Shown here: one piece after another, positions 25,914-32,000 of the stretch
Layout of the letters: each line of letters begins with the position of its first letter
Position numbering within the stretch: position 1 is the first letter of the stretch
Assembly: GCA_016704145.1 (NCBI GenBank)
Contig: JADJAS010000007.1
Span: 48,565-80,564, forward strand
Direction of reading: 5' to 3'
DNA from: Rhodocyclaceae bacterium
GTDB lineage: Bacteria; Pseudomonadota; Gammaproteobacteria; Burkholderiales; Rhodocyclaceae
DNA: 32,000 bases
The notes under the pieces: model-generated
The model's input: only the letters and a program-made list of their open reading frames with translations
Database searches by the model: none
Told to the model about the DNA's origin: nothing
Translations under genes and position numbers: made by a program

Positions 25914-28091
25914 ATGAAGATCGAGCGGATGAACAGGAAGCGGATGGTGGTGGCGACGGCGCTGGCGCTGGCGGGACTGGGCTCGCTACCGGCGCGGGCG
26001 AACAACTTGCCGTCGCTGGGCGGCGATGTCGAGCCCTGGCGGGTCGATGTCTATTACGAGAACGACACGCGCTTCCGGGGCAAGGACAAGAGCGGGGACC
26101 GGGTCGGGCTGTCGAAGTTCAGGAACACCTTGCAGGTCGAGGCCGACAAGAAGGTGGGTGACGGCTGGGCGGTGCGGGGCATCCTGCGCGGCACCTGGGA
26201 CGGCGTCTATCGGCTCAACGAGGACGAATACGGCAAGGACGCCGGCAGCAAGACCGCGGCCGACGTGCGGATTCCCAACACGGCCGGGCCGGTGGCCCAG
26301 TCGGTGGGGCTGTTCGGGCCCCCCTCGCCCGTACATGTTCATTACGGTGCCACCGTGCCATTCGGCGGTGGGGTGGGCTTTACCGTGGTGGATGTCATCC
26401 AGGCCGGCGCGGGGCTGCCCAACTTGGGCGGACCGGGCGGCGGGCCGGGCGTGAACAAGTTCATCGATCCCAACTATGGCAACCTGGCGGCGCCGCCGGC
26501 CGTCTACGGCTCGGGCGCCGGCCTGCAACTCCTGGGTGAGCGCTGGAACCGGACCGGATCGGGCGTGGCCTTTGCCGTACCGGTGCGGCCGTGCGACAAG
26601 GACAAGCGCGGCTGCCGCGACTTTGGCGGCTATGGCGACAAGAAGCTCTCCGAACTGGAGGCGCCCGAGTTCAACGACCGGGCCGACTTCATTCGCGAAC
26701 TCTATGCCAAGAAGACCTTCGACCTGGCCGACGGCGGCAACTTCTTCCTCAAGCTGGGCCGGCAGCAGGTGGTCTGGGGCCGCACCGACCTGTTCCGCGT
26801 GCTCGACGTCATCAACCCGGTGGACTACTCGCGCAACAACATCTACGACGAGTTGCAGGACATCCGCATTCCGATGTGGATCGCCCAGGGCGAATGGCGG
26901 ATGGGTGGCTCGGGCAGCATGCAGGAGCGCAACCTGCAGGTGGTGTGGAACTTCGACAAGTTCCGGCCGAACAACCTGGGCCAGTGCGGCAGCCCCAACG
27001 TCATTCTCGACGCTGGCTGCTTCTTCCGCGGCATGGCCAATCTCTGGGACCACGGCGGCACGGTGGCCAACTTCGCCGGCTTCAGCGCCCCGGGCACCCC
27101 GGCGCCGGTCGATGGCGTCTGGTTCGCCACCAACTTCGGGCCGAACCAGATCGGCATCCGCAAGGTGCACCTGCCCGAATGGAGCCTGGCCAACACCCAA
27201 CTGGGGATGAAGTTCGAAGGCGTCACCCAGGGCGGCCTCAACTTCTCGGTCAATGCCCTGACCTATCGTTCGCAACTGCCGAGCCTGCGCTCGATCAACC
27301 AGGTGGCGATCAACCCCTTCACCGGCGCCCACGGCAACACGTCGCCGTTCTCCGGACCGGCCCAGGGCATTCCGACCACCAACCTGATCGCCTTCGACGT
27401 CTATTTCCCGCGCATCAACCTGATCGGCGGCTCCATGGACTTCCAGTCCGAGGCGCTGGGCGCAGCGTTCCGGCTCGAGGGCGCCCTGACCAAGGGCGAG
27501 GAATTCGCCAACACCGCCCGGCCGCGGCTCTACTCCGAGAACAAGGTGTTCCGTTCGGTGATCGGCGTGGACCGGCCGACCTTCATTCCCTTCATCAACC
27601 CGAACCGTACCACCCTGATCTCGGCGCAATTGTTCTACCAGCACATCTTCGACCACGAATCGAGGCGCATGCCGGGGGGCCAGGTCGGCATGCCCGACTG
27701 GAAGGACAACTATATCGGCACCCTCCTGATCAAGGGCTTCGTCATGAACGACCGGGTCAGCCCGACCCTGATCCTGGCCCGCGACTTCAGGGCCCGGGCC
27801 TGGGCGATCGCCCCCTCGGTGGAGTGGAACGTCACCGACGATCTCAAACTGACCTTCGGCGCCAACGTCAAGAACCGTGACGATCAGAGCCGCTGGGAGT
27901 TCGACGACTGCCGCTCCTGCAACCCCTACGCGCCCTACACCATGTACACCAACGGCGCCACCACCCAGGGCTTCACCCCGGGCTCGTTCGGCCTGTCCGG
28001 CATCGAGCCGCTCGGCCGCTTCCGCGCCGGCCCCATCGGCGCCGCCTGGAAGGAAAACGAGCTCTACGTCACCCTCAAGTACAAGTTCTGA
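25914..28091 (+). CDS. DUF1302-family outer-membrane beta-barrel protein
   Basis: 725 aa. SD GGAGGAGGA before ATG 25914. Signal peptide MVVATALALAGLGSLPARA. LKLGRQQVVWGRTDLFRVLDVINPVD is characteristic of DUF1302. The C-terminal LKYKF carries the terminal aromatic residue typical of OMPs. Confidence 0.75.
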   Translation: MKIERMNRKRMVVATALALAGLGSLPARANNLPSLGGDVEPWRVDVYYENDTRFRGKDKSGDRVGLSKFRNTLQVEADKKVGDGWAVRGILRGTWDGVYRLNEDEYGKDAGSKTAADVRIPNTAGPVAQSVGLFGPPSPVHVHYGATVPFGGGVGFTVVDVIQAGAGLPNLGGPGGGPGVNKFIDPNYGNLAAPPAVYGSGAGLQLLGERWNRTGSGVAFAVPVRPCDKDKRGCRDFGGYGDKKLSELEAPEFNDRADFIRELYAKKTFDLADGGNFFLKLGRQQVVWGRTDLFRVLDVINPVDYSRNNIYDELQDIRIPMWIAQGEWRMGGSGSMQERNLQVVWNFDKFRPNNLGQCGSPNVILDAGCFFRGMANLWDHGGTVANFAGFSAPGTPAPVDGVWFATNFGPNQIGIRKVHLPEWSLANTQLGMKFEGVTQGGLNFSVNALTYRSQLPSLRSINQVAINPFTGAHGNTSPFSGPAQGIPTTNLIAFDVYFPRINLIGGSMDFQSEALGAAFRLEGALTKGEEFANTARPRLYSENKVFRSVIGVDRPTFIPFINPNRTTLISAQLFYQHIFDHESRRMPGGQVGMPDWKDNYIGTLLIKGFVMNDRVSPTLILARDFRARAWAIAPSVEWNVTDDLKLTFGANVKNRDDQSRWEFDDCRSCNPYAPYTMYTNGATTQGFTPGSFGLSGIEPLGRFRAGPIGAAWKENELYVTLKYKF

Positions 28092-28109
28092 TCCAGGAGA
28101 TCCATCCCC

Positions 28110-29423
28110 ATGAAACTCAAACCCCTCACCCTCGCCTCCACCCTCGCCCTGGCTTCCACTATCACCTCCCTCGCCTCCGCCGCCACCGAGACGGAACTGG
28201 ACAATGCCTTCCATCCGTACAAGAAGGGTTTCCCGGCTTTCCCGGGACTCAATCCCGGTCTGGTCATCAACAAGGCCAATGTCGACCAGTTCAAGGACGC
28301 CCTCGATCCGGCCAACTACCAACTGGTCAAGGATGGCTGGTACGAAGTCACCGCGGTTCCGACCATCGACTTCCCCAACGCCAAGGGCTATGTTGAAGCA
28401 ACCAAGGCCCATTCGGGCAGCGTCAAGCTCGGCGGCAAGAACGGTGAAATCAGCGGTTACGTTGCCGGCCGGCCCTTCCCCGAGGAGCCGGATCTCAAGG
28501 ATCCGCGCGCCGGCGAGAAACTCGCCTGGAACTTCAAGTACGGCATCAACTGGGGTGACAACGCCGCCATCTATCCTTTCTACTGGCGCTATCGCAACGC
28601 CACCACCGGTCAGGTCGAACGGACCATCAAGTTCAATTTCCACTTCCTCAATTTCAAGCACCGCAACGACCATCCACCGATTCCGGAGGTGACGCCCAAT
28701 CCGTCGCAATTGTTCCGGGGTATCTACGTGCAGGTACTGGAGCCGCAGGACCTGAAGAACACCCAGCTGCTGATCCAGCGTTACGAGGACGACCTCAAGC
28801 TCGATGACGCCTACCTGTACCTGGGCTTCCAGCGCCGGGTACGCCGCCTGGCTACGGGGCAGACCACTGACGCCTTTCTCGGCTCGGACGTCATGATCGA
28901 GGATTTCGAGGGCTACAACGGTCGCATCTCGGACATGAAGTGGACCTTCCTCGGCACCAAGAACATTCTGATGCCCTACTACCGGGCCACCGACGTCAAG
29001 CGTACCGACGAGTTCAAGGATCCGGACGGCTACAAGTTCATCGATGTCGGCGGCAAGGGCAACTGTATGCCCACCATCGGCTGGCAGTTGCGCAAGGTGC
29101 ACATCCTGCAGGCCGAACCGGTGAATCCGAATCACCCGATCAGCAAGCGAGTCATCTACCTCGATGCCCAGGTCTTCGGCGCCTCGCGCACCTTGATCTA
29201 CGACCGCAAGGGCGAGCTTTGGAAGAGTTGGATGATCGGCAAGGCGCATCCCGACTTCCATCTGCCCATTAACAAGGGCACCGGCATCGCCCTCGACGAC
29301 TCCTTTTCCATGATCGACGTCCAGGCCAAGCATTGCACCACCGGCCAGTTCAAGGGGCAGGTCGATCCCAAACTCAATCCGCCCTCACTCTTCCAGGTGC
29401 AAAACCTCCGCAGCGGCGACTAG
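28110..29423 (+). CDS. DUF1329-family periplasmic (LolA-like fold) protein
   Basis: 437 aa. Signal peptide MKLKPLTLASTLALASTITSLASA. GRPFPEEPDLKDPRAGEKLAWNFKYGINWGD matches the DUF1329 N-terminal signature as I recall it. It lies 18 nt after the DUF1302 gene. Confidence 0.7.
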   Translation: MKLKPLTLASTLALASTITSLASAATETELDNAFHPYKKGFPAFPGLNPGLVINKANVDQFKDALDPANYQLVKDGWYEVTAVPTIDFPNAKGYVEATKAHSGSVKLGGKNGEISGYVAGRPFPEEPDLKDPRAGEKLAWNFKYGINWGDNAAIYPFYWRYRNATTGQVERTIKFNFHFLNFKHRNDHPPIPEVTPNPSQLFRGIYVQVLEPQDLKNTQLLIQRYEDDLKLDDAYLYLGFQRRVRRLATGQTTDAFLGSDVMIEDFEGYNGRISDMKWTFLGTKNILMPYYRATDVKRTDEFKDPDGYKFIDVGGKGNCMPTIGWQLRKVHILQAEPVNPNHPISKRVIYLDAQVFGASRTLIYDRKGELWKSWMIGKAHPDFHLPINKGTGIALDDSFSMIDVQAKHCTTGQFKGQVDPKLNPPSLFQVQNLRSGD

Positions 29424-29478
29424 CACAACCATTCTTCTGATCTTCTCCGACGCGTCTTCCAAAAAGCTGACGCTTCTC

Positions 29479-29507
29479 CGGGGGCCCTTGGGCCCCCGCT
29501 CTTTTTC
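29479..29507 (+). terminator. Rho-independent terminator after the DUF1329 gene
   Basis: The GC stem CGGGGGCC / GGCCCCCG surrounds CTTG and is followed by CTCTTTTTC (T-run 29502-29506). It lies 56 nt after the stop at 29423. Confidence 0.7.
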
Positions 29508-29615
29508 GCCACCCGGAGACCACGACCGGACCAGCCATGGCCTGTCGGACACCCTGCTAGAATTATTATCCGATCAATACCGTCGCCACCCGGCATCCAT
29601 CGAAGGCCACTCCTC

Positions 29616-30773
29616 ATGTCAGGCAACACTTTTGGCAGGCTGTATTGCGTGACATCTTTCGGGGAATCGCATGGACCGGCAATCGGCTGTGTCGTCGATG
29701 GTTGCCCGCCAGGGCTGGAGCTTTCCGAACCCGACATCCAGCGCGATCTTGACCGCCGAAAACCCGGGACCTCGCGTCACGTGACGCAGCGACGCGAACC
29801 CGACCGGGTGGAAATCCTTTCCGGAGTCTTCGAGGGCAAAACCACCGGGACACCGATCGCGTTGCTGATTCGCAACGAGGACCAGCGCAGCCGTGATTAT
29901 CGGGAAATCGCCGAGACCTTCCGTCCCGGTCACGCCGATTACACCTATTGGCAAAAGTACGGCATCCGCGACCACCGTGGTGGCGGTCGAGCCTCCGCGC
30001 GCGAAACCGCCGTGCGCGTCGCGGCCGGTGCCATCGCCCGCCAGTGGCTGTCGAAAAGATTCGGCATCGAGGTCCGCGGCCACATGACGGCGCTGGGCGA
30101 TCTCGAAATCCCTTTTCGCTCCTGGTCGCACGTGCACGACAATCCATTCTTTGCGGCTGAACCAGATGTTGTTCCCGAGCTTGAGGCGTGCATGGATCGC
30201 CTGAGGCGAGAGGGAGATTCAATCGGCGCCGGGGTACGGGTAGTCGCCAGTGGCGTGCCAGTCGGCTGGGGCGAACCCGTCTATGACCGTCTCGACGCCG
30301 ACATTGCCTCGGCCATGATGGGCATCAACGCGGTCAAGGGTGTTGAGATCGGCGCTGGCTTTGCCAGTATCCGGCAGCGTGGTAGCCAGCACGCCGACGA
30401 ATTGTCACCCTCCGGCTTTCTCGGCAATCATGCCGGCGGTATTCTTGGTGGCATTTCCACGGGACAGGACATCGAGGTTGGTCTTGCGGTCAAGCCGACA
30501 TCCAGCATACGCATCCCGCGGCGGACCATCGACAAGGCGGGTCATGCCGCGCTGATATCGACCGAAGGTCGTCATGACCCTTGTGTCGGCATTCGGGCCG
30601 TGCCGGTTGCCGAAGCCATGATGCTGATCGTGCTCATGGACCACGCGCTGCGCCATCGCGCGCAGTGCGCCGACGTCCGATGCCCCACCCCGAAGATTGC
30701 GCCGGGCACCGGCGGTCCTGCCGCCGGCCCGATGGAAACCCGGCACGATCCCGAACCCGAGGAAGATGCCTGA
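29616..30773 (+). CDS. aroC: chorismate synthase
   Basis: 385 aa. [47 protein letters not shown] and [18 protein letters not shown] are classical AroC signatures. Confidence 0.95.
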   Translation: MSGNTFGRLYCVTSFGESHGPAIGCVVDGCPPGLELSEPDIQRDLDRRKPGTSRHVTQRREPDRVEILSGVFEGKTTGTPIALLIRNEDQRSRDYREIAETFRPGHADYTYWQKYGIRDHRGGGRASARETAVRVAAGAIARQWLSKRFGIEVRGHMTALGDLEIPFRSWSHVHDNPFFAAEPDVVPELEACMDRLRREGDSIGAGVRVVASGVPVGWGEPVYDRLDADIASAMMGINAVKGVEIGAGFASIRQRGSQHADELSPSGFLGNHAGGILGGISTGQDIEVGLAVKPTSSIRIPRRTIDKAGHAALISTEGRHDPCVGIRAVPVAEAMMLIVLMDHALRHRAQCADVRCPTPKIAPGTGGPAAGPMETRHDPEPEEDA

Positions 30774-30790
30774 ATCGCACGATCGAAGGA

Positions 30791-31252
30791 TCAACGCTTC
30801 TCGGGAAATATTTTTTTCAGCAGTTTCACCAAGGTTTGCCGCTCCGTCGGACTCAGCGTGGCGACCAGCCGTTTCTCGTGCTCGCCGACCCTCTGCTTGA
30901 TCCTGCGCAGCAAGGCCGCGCCGTCACTCGTCAGGCGCAAGGCGTTGGATCGCCTGTCATTGGGTGCGGCGCGGCGCTCGACCAGACTTCGGCGCTCGAG
31001 ATTGTCGATGACCGACACCACGGTCGAGCGGTCGAGATGTGTCGCCCGCGCCAGTTCGCTCTGCTTTAGATCGGGGTTGGCTTCGATGATCACCAAGACA
31101 CCAAAAAGACCCGGTGTCATGTCCAGATCACCGATGCTCTCGGAAAAATCCTTGAACATCGCGATCTGAGCCATGCGCAGTTGGAAACCGACCAGTTCTG
31201 GCAGTAACCCCAGCGAAATGCTGGTCGGCGAAACCTTCTTCATGGCAGACAA
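30791..31252 (-). CDS. MarR-family transcriptional regulator
   Basis: Winged-helix core QSELARATHLDRSTVVSVIDNLERRSLVERRAAPNDRRSNALRLTSDG. The track start at 31252 is TTG. ATG 31243 (MKKVSPTS) is an equally plausible start. Confidence 0.85.
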   Translation of the reverse strand: MSAMKKVSPTSISLGLLPELVGFQLRMAQIAMFKDFSESIGDLDMTPGLFGVLVIIEANPDLKQSELARATHLDRSTVVSVIDNLERRSLVERRAAPNDRRSNALRLTSDGAALLRRIKQRVGEHEKRLVATLSPTERQTLVKLLKKIFPEKR

Positions 31253-31281
31253 GTGCGCGTCACTCCCGTCGATACCAGCTC

Positions 31282-32000
31282 TTAGCCCGCCAGAGCGGTC
31301 TTGATCTGCTCCAGCGTCGACGGATCGTCGATGGTGGTCAGGTCGCCCGGATCACGGCCCTCGGCCAGTGCCTGGATCGATCGGCGCAGCATCTTGCCCG
31401 AGCGCGTCTTCGGCAGGCCACTGACGAAATGCACGTGCTTGGGCCGGGCGATGGCGCCGAGGATGCCGTCGACGGTCTTCTTCACTTCGGCTTCCAGCGC
31501 CGCGCGCAGTTCGGGCGTGGCGGTCCTGGCCGCATCCTTGACGACGGCGAAGGCCATCGGCTCCTGACCCTTCAACTGGTCATTGACGCCGACCACCGCA
31601 ACCTCGGCGATGGCCGGATGCGCCTGCACGGCCTCCTCGATTTCGCGCGTGCCGAGGCGGTGGCCGGCGACGTTGATGACGTCGTCGGTGCGGCCAAGGA
31701 TGAAGTGATAGCCCTCCTCATCCTTGATGCCCCAGTCGAATGAGCTGTAGACCAGCGGATCCTTGAACAGGCTGAAATAGGTGCTGACGAAGCGCTCGTC
31801 CTGGCCCCAGACGGTGGACAGGCAGCCCGGCGGCAGCGGCGGCAGCACGCCGACGATGCCCTTCTCGTTCGGCGCGCACTCACTGCCGTCCTCGCGGAAG
31901 ATTTTCAGGTCGTAGCCGAACACCGGGAAGCTCGGTGTGCCGAACTTGATCTTGGTCTTCTCGATGCCGGGCACCGACGACAGCATCGGCCACCCGGTCT
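31282..32000 (-). CDS. acyl-CoA synthetase (propionate/acetate-CoA ligase family), C-terminal part; 5' end beyond the window
   Basis: ILGRTDDVINVAGHRLGTREIEEAV and the C-terminal SGLPKTRSGKMLRR are ACS/PrpE-type motifs. The frame stays open upstream of the track ATG (31986) to the window edge. Confidence 0.8.
   Translation of the reverse strand, partial: TGWPMLSSVPGIEKTKIKFGTPSFPVFGYDLKIFREDGSECAPNEKGIVGVLPPLPPGCLSTVWGQDERFVSTYFSLFKDPLVYSSFDWGIKDEEGYHFILGRTDDVINVAGHRLGTREIEEAVQAHPAIAEVAVVGVNDQLKGQEPMAFAVVKDAARTATPELRAALEAEVKKTVDGILGAIARPKHVHFVSGLPKTRSGKMLRRSIQALAEGRDPGDLTTIDDPSTLEQIKTALAG

Noticed and set aside
25986-29333. 1115-aa ORF on the minus strand, the longest in the window
   Set aside because: It lies exactly antisense to the DUF1302 and DUF1329 genes. 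The translation is low-complexity (runs of G, V, D, E, A, R) with no motifs. This is a typical stop-free shadow frame in high-GC DNA, and the plus-strand genes have signal peptides, SD sites and family signatures.
30670-30773. C-terminal extension of AroC, about 25 aa and Pro/Gly/acidic (…[29 protein letters not shown])
   Set aside because: The extension is real in the ORF but is probably a disordered tail of little consequence. There is no evidence for a fused domain or a missed frameshift.
1-32000. Search for tRNA/rRNA genes, CRISPR repeats, IS elements, integrases and terminal inverted repeats that might bound the catabolic island
   Set aside because: I saw no periodic direct repeats, transposase or integrase-like ORFs, or cloverleaf-like segments. 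Island boundaries, if any, lie outside the window or are marked only by composition changes around 22214-22670 and 29424-29615.

Overview
GC-rich, gene-dense window that reads like a betaproteobacterial (Thauera/Aromatoleum/Azoarcus-type; taxon is inference only) island for anaerobic catabolism of phenolic compounds. (i) 1-6647 (+): a p-cresol side-chain oxidation module. Two diverged PchF-like flavoprotein paralogs flank an aldehyde dehydrogenase and a benzoate/4-hydroxybenzoate-CoA ligase. (ii) 6716-19570 (-): 14 tightly packed co-directional genes. They are phenylphosphate synthase ppsABC, phenylphosphate carboxylase ppcBCAD, a third UbiD paralog, UbiX, an archaeal-type (DUF120) riboflavin-kinase homolog, a Nudix hydrolase, a PNPOx-like split-barrel protein, a PaaK-like adenylating enzyme and a metallophosphoesterase. 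A sigma54 -24/-12 promoter (19650-19664) precedes them, with TTGATCAA palindromes about 170-200 bp upstream. (iii) 20004-22213 (+): a divergent XylR/DmpR-type sigma54 activator with an overlapping PNPOx-family gene. (iv) 22276-29423 (+): a second, consensus-perfect sigma54 promoter with a XylR-like upstream motif and a 40-bp palindrome. It precedes a four-gene envelope module of BNR/Ycf48-like lipoprotein, RND/MMPL transporter, DUF1302 outer-membrane protein and DUF1329 periplasmic protein. The first two genes need six frame changes and carry an apparent internal deletion; the last two are intact. (v) 29616-32000: aroC, a MarR regulator and a 3' fragment of an acyl-CoA synthetase. I found no tRNA, rRNA, CRISPR array, transposase or integrase. 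Many long ORFs in the track are antisense shadows of real genes, as expected at this GC content.
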